Positions 1 to 12,479 of a stretch of 64,000 bases of DNA are shown piece after piece (within the stretch, counting starts at the first letter, position 1; every line of letters starts with the position of its first letter). Source of the stretch: Felis catus. Lineage: Eukaryota. The notes under the pieces were generated by a model, which was not told the origin of the DNA, ran no database searches, and worked only from the letters and a program-made list of their open reading frames with translations. The position numbers and the translations under genes were made by a program. The DNA is taken from positions 12,462,001-12,526,000 of the forward strand of contig NC_058368.1 in assembly GCF_018350175.1 (NCBI RefSeq). The letters are read 5' to 3'.

Positions 1-49
1 ACCCCCTACCACACACACACAAACACACTCATTATACTGCTTCCCCAGG

Positions 50-145
50 GATGATTTTGATCCAGTGAATCTGGTGAGGAGTCCAGGAGCCTGTATTTTA
101 AAAGCTTTTCTAGTGGTTCTGATGCTCAGTTAGGCTTGGGAGCCT
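50..145. mobile_element. MER5-like hAT-Charlie fragment
   Basis: gattttgatccagtgaatctgg...cctgtattttaaaagcttttctagtggttctgatgc resembles the MER5 core. Confidence 0.45.
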
Positions 146-199
146 GACTCGCAACTGACCTCTCACAGAGCAGAGCTCACACTGGGCAACAGGAAAGAG

Positions 200-375
200 A
201 CCAGAAGACTGAGCATTGGAGTAGGAGCTGGATCCAAATCCTTCTCTGGCCCTCACTGGTCATGAGGCTTTGGGTAGTCACATTATTTTTCTTATTTTCA
301 TTTGTCTCACTTAAATAATTGAGATCATAGCACCTACCCCGCCTTTCTCAAGGGACTTTTGTGAGAACCTAATGA
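200..375 (+). mobile_element. MIR fragment
   Basis: ggatccaaatccttctctggccctcactggtcatgaggctttgggtagtcac...ttttgtgagaa resembles the MIR core. Confidence 0.5.
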
Positions 376-801
376 TTTTAATCCACTGTTACATTACCTT
401 AATGGAAAGACATTTAACTGTAAGTCTTACACAAATATTTAGGATAACCATTAATCATCGTCTTTATTACCATGGGGACCCTGGGATGCCAGGATGCCAT
501 GGTCAGCTCCCACCTAATACCCCCTGTGGTAACCTTGAGGCAACACTGGGTGGAGCTCTGCAAATAGTTCCGTATGGTCACAATGACACCCATCAACACT
601 TACCCCTTCTTCCTAAGTGCTAGACTGTGACAAGGATGTGGCTCTTGGAGTCTTCAGGATCTCACAAACCTTACAAGTCATGTGAATTGTGCCAGCCTCC
701 CAAATCTACATAGCTACAAGTAGTAGTTATGTGCCTTGAACAAGTTACTTAACCTCTCCACGCCTTAGTTTCCTCGGGCATCAGCTGGAGGTAGTAGCAC
801 C

Positions 802-1030
802 CAGGGCTACTGTGTACAACTGTGTGGGCTGTGACTTACACAGAGCAACCAGCCAAGGGGTGGGGGTGGGGGGCACACAGGATGAAATTCAGGCCAGGGT
901 ACACTCACTTAGCTGCCTGCCCTTGGGGCTGCATTTGCTCAGAAGAGGCACCGTTTTCTAATTCGTGAGCCCAGAGAAGAAGCCTTTTTCTAAATCACAG
1001 CAAGCTGCTGTGGGTGCTAACAGTGACCCT
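802..1030. mobile_element. MER45A-like hAT-Tip100 element inserted in a MIR (MIR pieces about 720-800 and 1035-1140)
   Basis: Termini cagggctac...gtgaccctg and a degenerate 8-bp TSD (gtagcacc/gcagtacc). MIR sequence continues on both sides. Confidence 0.65.
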
Positions 1031-2614
1031 GGCAGTACCTTTCCTGAAGCCTGGGCATCAAATGAGAAAATGTGTGAAGTCTTTAGCATAATGCCTGGCA
1101 CACAATGGGGTCCAAGCAGGTTTGCTGTTAATATTATAATGACCACTGGTTCATTCACTCAACAGACACTCATTGTGCACATTCTGTATCCCAGCTACTG
1201 TGCTAGGGCAACTGGGCTATCGACAATGAACGAGGCACCGTCTTTTTCCCGGGAGGAGGTTGGGGCTAAGGTGCAAACAGACACTTGAGTAAATCATTAT
1301 TTGAGTACTCAAATCAGTATTTGAGTACTGATGTCGGGGACCTTGTCCAGAGTGAGAGTTATAGTTTCACTTTCCAAATTCTGGCAACTGTGCTATTAAG
1401 GTTTAATTTACTCCTATAGATTTTTTTTTTTTTTTTAACCTGGCAAGTCGAACTTGTTCAGGCTCTTGGATAGAGCTGTTTACACCTCTCGCTCTTCTCA
1501 TATGTATAGATCTGAACATACAGAAGGAGCTTACCAAGCCACTGTCACTTGATTCTCCTTGTGGAATAGCACCTGGGCCCACCTTCGTGCCATGGCCCTG
1601 CTGTCAGCCAGGTTCACTTCTAACACGGCCTTGAATCCACTGACGAGGGACCTACTTATTTACTACTTAGAACTATGCAAGCACATTCTTGTTTGAAGTA
1701 GCTTAAGAGCAAATGAAAATGCACTCTTTTTTTTTTAGTCAATTGCCCAGAAATACTTAGCATTAAATAATAAACTTAATTTCCAACAAAAGAAAGTGTC
1801 CTTTTTAAAAAACATTATTAAATGGTGAGTTCTATGTATAGCTTCCGTTAGCAAAGAGGGACTTTAAACTGTGCACCACTAAGAGACTAGACTCTAGTCA
1901 GCTTTAGTGTTCTTCATGGAGACAGGTGGACATAATGACAAAACAAAATGCTGGCAGATATGGGATGAAAATCCCTGGTGATAAATGATAGGCTTTATTA
2001 CTACCTCTCCTAATTTCCTTTTCTTAGTAAGTAGCCCTGGATGAACCTACACAGGAAATAACCTTAATGGTTTTAATAGCAGTGGCTTAATGAATTAATC
2101 TATTATGGGTATTGCAAATAACTTTTTAATTAAGAAAAAGCTTAATTAAGCACTTTTCAAAACAAGCCTTGGATCTGAAAATCTAGATTACCAAGAGTTG
2201 TATAATTTGTCCCTATTTCCTATTATACCTAAACACTGCAAAACCTTAAAAAACTAATTAAAATATTTGCTTCAATATATGTAATAGCTAAAATAAAATC
2301 ACTATAGCTCTGTAAACACTAGGGGTAATGTTATTGCCTTATTTTAAAATGATGCTGTCAGAATCAATAAACAATAAAATAAAACAAACACAATTTCTCC
2401 CTTGGGAGATCGCCTTTCCCAAGAGCAAGAAGCACAGGGCACGTGGATTATAGATTGTAGGTGCTTAAGGAAAGGCTTCCAAGGTCCCTTCCAAATCTAA
2501 TATCCTAGGTTTTTATGCATCCCTTTATCTTACTTAAATAACAGCAAGTCACCAATGAAGGTGAACTCACAAATCAAGGCATGATTCTACAAGACCCTGG
2601 CTTTCTCTGAATGC

Positions 2615-2770
2615 AGGACCAGCTACGTCACGTGGCAGGCGCCGTACAAAAGGAAAATGGGGCCCCTCCATTCAACGATTATTAATAATTTCAAAATTGC
2701 AATAGAAGAACACTAGACCAAGGACGGAGCCCTTCTGAGCAGTGACCCTGCGTGAGTGCAGTGCAGGGGC
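2615..2770. mobile_element. MER91A-like hAT-Tip100 element
   Basis: caggaccagctac...aaaatggggcccct...attattaataatttcaa...cccttctgagc matches the recalled MER91A consensus. Confidence 0.6.
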
Positions 2771-3452
2771 TGTTGAGAGATTCTACAGGTGTTCACAGGC
2801 CCAGGATTCCCAGCTTGCCCCCCAACTTGTTCCACTCCAGTTCTGGCAGAGGTAGCTCCAATTACAGAAAGTACCAATTATAAGTTGTTGCTGTTGGTGG
2901 AGGTAGGTAACCAAACCAGCATGGGGAATGGCACTGGCAGGCATCTGAGGGTATGCTTCTGGGCTTCAGCTTCCTCATCTCTCAGAACATCCTATGAAAT
3001 CTACACAGAAAGGGAGCTAAAAGACTTAGTGCATTAAGTTTCCTTCAGACACATGGTCTGGTTTTACAGGCTCATTGATCTTTAAAGCTAAATGGGTCCT
3101 TAGAGATTATCTAGTCTAACTTCCCTCATTTTAATTAGGTCTCCATCAAATTCCATTTAGGCCAAGGGCATGGGAATGAATTCATGGTTGCATACCTCTA
3201 AAGCTGATGGTGATTTTGATGAACAAACCATAATTGATGATCTTTCAGAAAGACAAACGTTAGTAGAATGAATGATTCATGCTAGAACACTAATGGGTTA
3301 CACAAGATGCTGCCAACCATGCTGCCAACATATGTAGTTTTTGATTTTATTATTTTTTTTAATCTCAGAGCAAAGAGAGTGAGACTAACGTCTCAGCTCT
3401 TGGAAATCCCTGAACATGGGATCTTAAGAATAGGTTCATAAGATATGGCGCT

Positions 3453-3648
3453 GGGGTAACCATCTGACTTGATCTCAGCTCAGGTCATGACTTCACGGTT
3501 TGTGGGATCAAGCCCCGTGTTGGGCTCTGTGCTAACAGTGTGGAGCCTGCTTGTGATTCTTTCTCTCCCTGTCTCTCTGCCCCTCCCCAACTCGTGCTCA
3601 CGCACACACTCTCTCTCTCTGAAAATAAATAAATAAACTTAAAAAAAA
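3453..3648 (+). mobile_element. Can-SINE with a damaged 5' end
   Basis: ctcaggtcatga...ggctctgtgctaacagtgtggagcctgc, a (CT)n tract and an AATAAA/poly-A tail. Confidence 0.9.
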
Positions 3649-3877
3649 GAGACATGGCTGACGAATGAAGGGGGTAAGTGGTTTAAGGCTAGAGATAAAA
3701 GCATCTCCTTTACCAGGAAATATGTCTCTGCTGCTCTATTCTCCACTTGCATGTACACATACAGTTGACCCTTGAACGACACAGGTTTGAACTGTGCAGG
3801 TTCACTTGTATCCGGACTTTTTCCCCCCAAAATACAGTCCAGTACTTTAGATGTATTTTCACTTCCTTATGATATTC

Positions 3878-4109
3878 TTTTTTTTTTTTAATGTTTATTT
3901 TTGAGAGAGAAAGAGAGCATGAGTGGGGGTGGGGGAGTGGAGGGGGGGGGCAGAGAGAGAGAGAGAGAGGGAGACACAGAATCTGAAGCAGGCTCCAGGC
4001 TCTCAGCTGTCTGGACAGAGCCCAACATGAGGCCTGAACCTACAGACCACGAGATCATGACCTGGGACTCGAAGTCGGATGCTCAACCGATTGAGTCACC
4101 AGGAGCCCC
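3878..4109 (-). mobile_element. Can-SINE
   Basis: Reverse-complement SINE body with TSD acttccttatgatat at 3861 and 4111. Confidence 0.95.
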
Positions 4110-4177
4110 TACTTCCTTATGATATATTCTTAATAACATATTCTTTTCTCTAGCTTACTTTCTTATAAGAACACAGT

Positions 4178-4320
4178 GTATATATACGTATATATATATG
4201 TATGTATATATACACACACACATATGTATATATAATATATTATATTATTTTGTTATATTTATTTTATATTATTATATATTTTTTATTTTATTATTACATA
4301 TTATATAATATATATTATAC
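4178..4320. repeat. (TA)n/AT-rich low-complexity tract
   Basis: Read directly from the sequence. Confidence 0.9.
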
Positions 4321-4479
4321 AAAATATGTGTTAATTGACTATTTATGTTATTAGTCTGGTCAGCAGTAGGCTATTATTCGTAGGTAAGTTTTGGGGGCAC
4401 TCAAAAGTTATACCTGGAGTTTTGACTGTGCGGGGGTCGCTAGGAGTGTCTGTGCGTATTTAGCCATATAAACTCTCAT

Positions 4480-4700
4480 ACAATATTTATTAGGGGCCAG
4501 ACATTATGCTAAATACTTTGAAAATATTAACTCATTTAATCTTCATAACAACCCTATGCGGGAAGTACTATGCGTATCCTCCTTTTTAAAGATGAGGAAA
4601 CTAAAGAACATTGAGATTACTTATCTTTCCCAAGGACCGACTGCTTAAATGTTGGAGGCAGGATTCAAACCCATGTAGTCTTGGGCTCCAGTAGCCACTC
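4480..4700 (-). mobile_element. MIR
   Basis: aactcatttaatcttcataacaaccctatg...gatgaggaaact...ggcaggattcaaaccca. Confidence 0.85.
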
Positions 4701-7169
4701 CCAACCACTAGATCACGATGCCATGCCAGTAATCCTCCATCATGCCAAACACAGCTAATCCTGCCCTCCACTACATACGCACTGAAAGTAAAGTAACATG
4801 CATTTACAGTCCTGGGTGCTCCATGCTCCTGGCACTGTAGCCGTAGCTGTGGCAAATACGTATATCAACATTATGACTGAAGTGACGCTAATTTCACAGA
4901 TGTTAATCACCATTGCACAGCTGTGATTTTATTCATATGACATCTCAAATAGCTTCAATCCCTTTTCCACCACTACAGTGCTACTCTACGTGGTTAAGAG
5001 TTCTCTTTTTCATTTGCCATTATTGATTTGATTTAGATTTAAGAACAAAAATCAAACATATAGCACAAAGGTTCTTTCTTTTTTCCAGAAAGAATAAAAC
5101 AGCCTATATTGAAATATATGAAAGCTTTTTTTTTAACTTACTTAATTCTAACAATTGTTCATCTTTTATGTCTATTGCTTATGACGTATTTTCTTGGGAC
5201 TAAAAAAAAGATGTAATTTATTTCCAAGATCATGAGGACACCTCCTCATGGCTGGGACAGGTGCAGTCTATCACTGTTTTTGAAGAGTTCTGAGATGAAT
5301 GCAATTCACTGTCAGGTGAAGGAGGGAAGCAATACTCGGACCTCCTTGCAATGTCACTGTGACCATCCATACGTTCCCATGCAGCGGTGAGTTAGTGTAA
5401 CTTACACTGTTACACACATTCAAATATTTGCACTTTTAGAGCCTTATCATAGTGATAAATATTACATTTCAATGGAAAGTGCTTTCAAATATCTTTCAAG
5501 GAACCTGGCTACTTTTCTACTTTATCAGATGGAGAGAGAATAAAAAGCATCTGATAAGACTTTCCAACTTAATGTCAGCAAGTAAATATATTAATTTTTA
5601 TGGGATTGAACAACAATTACCTCTCATATTCATTTGATTTCCTATACAGGAAAGAGAAAGAAAAGTATTCACCAAACACAGTATGCCGTGTTGAAATATA
5701 GATAAAATATGCAGCATGAGACAATATAACAGAACCGTAAGATTCTGAAATTTTTATTTTGGATAAAAATGTTACTAGGGAAATAGTCTGCCTGAAAATA
5801 TAAAATGGCTTGACACAGCAGATTTGCAAACGCAATATTGTGTAGTCATGGCACATTCTATACTGTCCTTTTGCAATTTCTGGAAGCTTGCTCTATTTCT
5901 GGTTAAATAGATGAGTTAAGTGATTTGAGCAGCATAATAAAATTTGTGTGCTTTGCCAGGATAAAACCACAGTACTAAATTAATATCCTGCACTACAGTC
6001 CCAACATGCTTTGACAAGGATGCTATTTCATGGCTCAATAAATACTTATTGACTAACTACAAACATGACAAAAATGTTTGTCCTTCAACTCGACTGTTTT
6101 AGGACTAAACATTCAAGGATTCTGAAAAAAGCCCAGGAATGTTGTAACACTTTTCAAACCACTTTTGTTTTCATTTTGCAATATCACTAAGCTTGCAAAA
6201 GGGCAGAATGAAATATACTGTTGGATAAACTCCCAGTAAACTACAAGGCCTTTTAGCAAATTTTTCCTTATAAGTTGTTTTATTGAACAGAAGGTTTAAA
6301 AAAACACAATGAAAGGAGTATATATTCATTTCATTAGACGTGTGCTCCATGTCTCATGTTGTTGAGTCAAAAAAATTGTACCACATGGTCTCCTCAAGGA
6401 GTTCCCGCCAACTATTAGGGCTCGTGTCTCTTATACAGAGCACCACCAGCAATTAATGAATGTGATCATTTCCTTGCTCCAATTCTTGGAGGAAATTGTG
6501 TTACTTCTAAGGGTTAGCCAGCATGCTGCAGATAGGTTAGGCCAAGTTTAAGTTACTCTTCTTACAAATGCAAAAAGTTAAGATAGTATTTATTTTTCTC
6601 AGAGAAATTCCCTTCAATCAACTTTATTATGGACAAACCATAACTGATAAATGTCAGTAAACGGATGCAGTACTCAAAACCTCAATATACAGAACTTTTC
6701 TTACAAGCTAAGCTTTGTTTGAGTAGACTATTCCTGGATATCATGACATTGAAAAAGTCATCTTTCCAATATAAAGCTCTTACTTCATTATATGTGGGGT
6801 CAACAGGTTATAATAACCATAGAAGTATTCCTGCTAAGACCACTTATACTTAACCATATTTTTATTTTTTTTAATGAGGGCAAACTTGAGCAGCCTTCCC
6901 TTCAAATGTTATTTGAAGTTTTTAATTTCTACTTTGTGGTATCATTTCTAAATTTAAAAAAGTTATATTTTATTAGCGAGACATATTTTTATGATTATTT
7001 TCATTCATCAGCAGTTCTGGGACCAAATAAATCTGTCACAAAAGATTATTCAGCATAGCACGATTATTCTTCTGCTATAAGAATGCTGAATTCAGACAGT
7101 GTTGGTTTTTCAAATTCTCCAGAAACTTAGCATATGTATATATAGAGAGAGTTCACATCCAAATAGTGT

Positions 7170-7790
7170 GCTCTAAATAAAGGATGCCCTAGGATTCTGT
7201 CCTTGGCCCCTCCTCCTATTTACATATTTTTTCCTAAGTAACCCCATCTAATCCTTAGGTTTTATTCTATAAAAGTTATATGACAATCACTTCTGGATTT
7301 ATATTTCTGGCTTTGACTTTTCTTCCAAACCCGTACTTGCACAGCCAACTTTTTGACTTTTACTTTTGGATGTCTAAGAGGCACTTTTGGTCTAAGTTGG
7401 CTCAAGGAGAACTCCTCAAGCCTCATCTGTCCAATGCCAAAAGCAAAAACAAACAAAAAAAACAAAAACAAAAACAAAACTTCCTTTTGCAGCTGCAACA
7501 CGCGTATCTGCCACGTGCCCCATCTCAGCCGATGGCACTACAACCCAGGAGTTCTTGATCCTTCTCCCTCACCTCCAGCAACTAACCTCAGCATTGTCGT
7601 CTCTCCTCTCAACACATATTCCAAATATGTCCCTACATCTCCATCTCTATCACTATTACCCTAGTCCCTGTCACTGTTTATCTTCACCTAGACCACTCTG
7701 GTGGCAATTAAACCAGGACCCGCCGCTCCTCTGCATAAAGTCCTTTGCTTCTTACCATAGGTAGAACCAAAAGCAAATTTCTTACCCTGG
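7170..7790 (+). mobile_element. LINE2 fragment
   Basis: ggatgccctaggattctgtccttggcccctcctc...ttggatgtctaagaggcac...ggagttcttgatccttctccctc is typical of L2. Confidence 0.7.
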
Positions 7791-7933
7791 CAACTAGGCC
7801 CAAACTTTTATTTTTCTGTAAAATGACAAGCTCATTCCAACCCTACTTAATCAAAACTTTTCTTAGGGGCCTAGAATATGACCTTCTGCTAGACATAGAC
7901 TTTTGAGAGTTATAAAATGGTAGTTAATATAAG

Positions 7934-8103
7934 TCAGTGGTTCTTAGGCCAGGTTACCCACTGGAACCATCTGTGGAGCTTGAAACAGAATACTCATCCC
8001 CAGGCCCTCTCTAAACTGAAGCAGAATCTCTAAGAGGCAGCCAGGACACTGATATTCATAAAAGGCTCCCAGTGATTTTATGTGTAGCTAAGGCTGAGAA
8101 CCC
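7934..8103. mobile_element. MER5A-like element
   Basis: Termini cagtggttctt...ctgagaaccc, with internal cagaatctct...ctcccagtgatttt. Confidence 0.65.
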
Positions 8104-8238
8104 TTATATAAGGAATATGTTCTCCTTCTCCGATTCTAATTGCATACTTACTTAGATTTTTTTTTTTTTGTCATTGTTAATATAAATCACATCTAAATGT
8201 ATTCTCCTTTCAAGAGATGTTTAAAAAAAACACCTGAT

Positions 8239-8476
8239 GGGGCGCCTGGGTGGCTCAGTCGGTTGAGCGTCCGACTTCGCTCAGGTCACGATCTCATGGT
8301 CCGTGAGTTCGAGCCCCGCATCAGGCTCTGTGCCGACAGCTCAGAGCCTGGAGCCTGCTTCAGATTCTGTGTCTCCCTCTCTCTCTGGCCCTCCCCCCAT
8401 TCATGCTCTGTCTCTCTCTGTCTCAAAAACAAATAAATGTTAAAAAAAAAAATTTAAAGACAAAACAAAACAAAAC
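8239..8476 (+). mobile_element. Can-SINE (SINEC_Fc)
   Basis: Head ggggcgcctgggtggctcagtcggttgag, A-rich tail and TSD aaaaacacctga. Confidence 0.95.
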
Positions 8477-11400
8477 AAAAACACCTGACAAGTGGGATGG
8501 CCTGTACCTTACAGGAAAGTGACAATAAAAAGGAAGAACGCTGATATAAAACACATAAAAAGGATCAACTGGTATCATCCTGTGCTTTTTGATATCATGG
8601 AACACATTTAGATTTTAGTAAGGAATGTCTTTATCGCCTATGTTCTCTTCTTGATCCCACTCTGCATTAAAGTCCCAGTCTTGTGTTTACATCACATCAC
8701 AGGATGCTACTGTTGACTCTGAGAATGAATGAACCTGTTTTAACATGACAAGAACTCACTGAAATTTGGTGGAATTAGTGTTTCTCATCGAAACTCAAAC
8801 TTTTCAGTGTTTAAAGTTAGTTTATTCTTGGCAGCAATAGAACTTCCTGTGTCTAAGGGAAATGATTTAAAATGAGACTATAAAAGAGATCAAAAGACTT
8901 GGACATCAGTTAGTTCACAAGCCACCTAAACACTGTTATGTGAGCATAAAGGAATCAAACATATGGATTACATTTCCATTAAAATAGAGTAGGGGTTTAA
9001 AATAAAGGAGCAGAAAGCTTTAGAGAACTCATTGGATTTTCTCAGACCTTACCATTTGAAAAGTAGTTCAAGCTGCTTACAAACACCAAAAGCTGAGGGG
9101 TATGCTGCTGCCTAGAGAACTTAATGATGCTACAAAAGCTCCGAATCGTCACCAGTGGTGGCTGATTAGAGATCTGGGGAAGCAAAAGAACCTGTCACTC
9201 ACCTATCTTGAAGAAACCTACATTTAGGCTTTATGACAGCCTCTCATTCTTATAGCCCTTGGCTTCTTATAGCGATGGTAGTGGGCAAGGCTCACCACCT
9301 AGGGGCCCCTGACAAGCTAGAGGTATGGCTGTTGGTTTCAAATCTCTGTGAGCCCATACACTTAGCAGTCCAACAGGATGACAAAGGGACATTGTTTTAG
9401 GTGTATAGGGTTATCTTTGTCACTCCAGGAGTAAAAAAAAGAGCAATTTTTCCAGTTAATTTTACTATTCTTTTTTAAACTAATTGCAAGTGCCAGACTT
9501 GGAGAAAGGATTTGAGGTCCGTGTGTCTCCATAAAGCCTATGGAAGAAGCAGGCTAACTGTAAGGGAAAATGGGCACAGGTGGCCTTTGACTTTTGACAA
9601 CACGCATTAGAATCCTGCTTTGAACACTAATTTTGTCATCTTGGGAATAAATAACAATTACCACCATTATTGGAATAATCAATATTGAGATAACAAGTAA
9701 GAAAAACTCTTGCTGACCCCTTGCGGGGTTAGAGTCTCGGGAAATTAAGAAGTATGCATCGGCAAAAATGCCACAGTCTGATGGAAATTTGGCAGCTACT
9801 ACAGATTTGGAAGGCCCAAGAAGCGCTCCCAATATCAATCCTTCTTTAACAATAACTTACCCCTTTTTAAATTTAGTGATAAAATGAATATATTTGAACA
9901 TCCTTCACATCTTATCCTTCCAATGATTTCATTATCTGCATTGTGATATGTGTTAAGAAATACTTCTTTAGATTACGTATAGTCCCTTCCTTCCTAAATA
10001 TGGCCCCACAGCACAGAAATCCACACGCTTCAGTATCATTAAGCACTTTTACTTCTTGACTTTGTTTCATTGACGAGACAGCCCCTCACAAAGAGAAGTA
10101 GGAGTGAGTTAGAATAAGGATTTCCTTCCTTTGGGTGTAAAAAAGTAAAAGGGAGACTCAAATACCTTCAGGATTGCTCTAGACAATAAACACAAGTTTG
10201 TTATAAAGCACTGTGAATGCTGTTCTATTGACCAGAGGTAATAAGAAGAAAATTTTAGAGAATTTAAAGAAATACCAGCACACCAATTTTATCTGATAGA
10301 AAAAAAAAATTTCAGAAAAAAAAGCCAGTCAGTATCATGTCTTGGCAGGGTGGATAGTCTCTGGGGGTCCATTCATATGGTTGGTTATTCTGATATTGTG
10401 AACAGAACCATAGAAAGAACACTTTTACAAATGAAGAACACTTTCCCCTAGAATTGATGCCAACATTAATAACTTAAGTATTTCAGTGTCTCGTGGCCAA
10501 AGTTCCATATTTTAGCTACCTTAGCAAGAAAACCCAAGAAAATCAATTTGCATCTAAAAGCTCCTTCATGGAGTTGGCTTGGTTTTGTGGCAATCATCCC
10601 AGCTTGCTTGGAGAAGCACAAGTTGAAGTCTGCTTCACAGAGGATTGTTTGGTGCTAGTTGAATAACCCGCTGGCATCCACTGTTAGCAGAGTGGTAAGC
10701 AGATTATGGGTAAGCAGATATTAATATTCTGATTAAACATTTTAAAACCTCATACCGCTATTTTAAAAACTAATTGCACTACTCTGGGAGAACTCTTAGA
10801 CTTACCATTCTGAAGCCATTTCTAGCCTTAATTTCTATATACTCATGATCTTAAAATCTCTTTCTATGGTTTATTTCCCAGAATCAAAACCTTTTCTCTC
10901 CACCACCTTACCTAAACTGCAATTTCTACAATTCATGTGAATAAATGACTTTCCTGGACAACCTTAATGGTTTTAAGTCTTTACATTACACTCTCCTCCT
11001 TCCCAGATCTCTTTTTGAAAAAGACAGGGCTGCAGTCATCTTTGGCCTCAGCTTCTATAAAAACCCAGCACAGCCTTGGCAGCCCTCCTGGAAAGACTTC
11101 TTGTTTCCTGAAGATCCATTGATTTAACAAATTTAACAAACTTAAGTAACAGAAGCTATGAAGGAGACATTTGCAGTTAGCACTCTGAAGTTAGGAAGCA
11201 ACAAATGTTTACTAGACCACAAAAATTTTTCTGACACCATCCATCACATAGATTATACAATTTAGCAGGGTAACAGGGAAAGTTACTAATTGTTATTAAC
11301 TGAGGTCTGCAATGCACATACAAGTCTTTAAAAGTCAACAGTCAAAACTACCAGTTGTCACAACTTATTTCTGGGTCTAGACTGAAAAGTCTGTTTATTT

Positions 11401-12479
11401 CTTGGGTGCTTACTAAACGGGGCCACTGTGTTGGACAGGAAATATGGGATGAACATTTTATGCTGACAACATTGAGTGTTGAAATCATCTATAATCCCTG
11501 CTTCTAATTTGACCGGTTAGATTGATAAGGACCTCACAGTGAAGGAGATACAGTCTCTGGGCACCTACTCCAGAATGCTGTCAGGCTGCATGGGTGCAGG
11601 GGCAGAACATCTAGCAAACACACTTCAGTTCTACTTTAAGGAAAAGGGGAGGAGCCCAGAGGAGGTTAAAATCTCCCATGTCACCCTTGGTATCCCTTCC
11701 CTCTGTCCAGACTTCATACCTTCTTCTTCTCTAGAACTCTCTTCCATCCTTGTGGTCACTGACCAACTCAGGAGATCCTTCTGGAGAGACAGGAGGCAAC
11801 AAGGTCCAGAGACTGGACCGGTGGTCAGCTCAGGGACCCTTCCAACCACACTTCCCTCAATCCCTGAAACACCTCAAGCAGCCAGCCCTTGGGCGAAGGG
11901 ATCCTAAATCCTCCACTGCTCTGGAACTGTGTGGAGGGCGGCTTTCCCTTATTGGGGCAGGGATGATGCGGTGACTAACCAGACCTACAGCTCTGAATGA
12001 AGGCTCTGAGAAGGCTCAGGCCACTCACTGCATCCGTGGCCCTACAAGGAGATGGTTCCATCGAAGACAGCACAGAAGTAAGGTCACGGCGTGGGGAGGC
12101 TGGGGGAGGTGCTAAGGAGGGGGCTGGCGTTCTGACCTAAGCAAGGATTCTTAAGGACCCCTTAGCTCAGAATAATCACCTCTTCTCTTCCTCTGATTCG
12201 TGGGCAATAGGTCCCAAACGGGAGGCCCCTCTTTTGTAATCCCAAAGTCAGGAGAGCCTGATCCACAGCAAGACCGGGATTGTGGGCGGCGATCCACTTG
12301 CACCAACAGCTGTCCACCTGTCCTTCCCCAAATCTTCCCCCTACCCCGATCCCCCAAACGTCTGGTCTCCCAGAACTTTGGAGATTCTCCCTTGCTTTGT
12401 CCCCCCCCCCCCCCCCCTCCACCCCCAACACGCTGTGGAACAGGCGAAGTTGAGAGAGGTAGCCCTCGGGGAGGCACTC

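Larger units (their letters stand above)
3762..4440. mobile_element. Tigger2a-like TcMar DNA transposon, interrupted by a Can-SINE and a TA-rich expansion
   Basis: Starts TA|cagttgacccttgaac (Tigger2 TIR). The 3' part caaaatatgtgttaattgac...gtaagttttggggg...caaaagttatac matches. The far TIR is not seen. Confidence 0.75.

Noticed and set aside
8239..8320. tRNA-like sequences at SINE heads
   Set aside because: These are the tRNA-derived A/B-box regions of Can-SINEs, not tRNA genes.
9203..9557. Possible minus-strand cryptic (poison) exon with acceptor cccattttcccttacag and donor TAG|GTGAGT
   Set aside because: Such splice-site pairs are common by chance in long introns. The exon would be 355 nt with an early stop, and there is no independent support.
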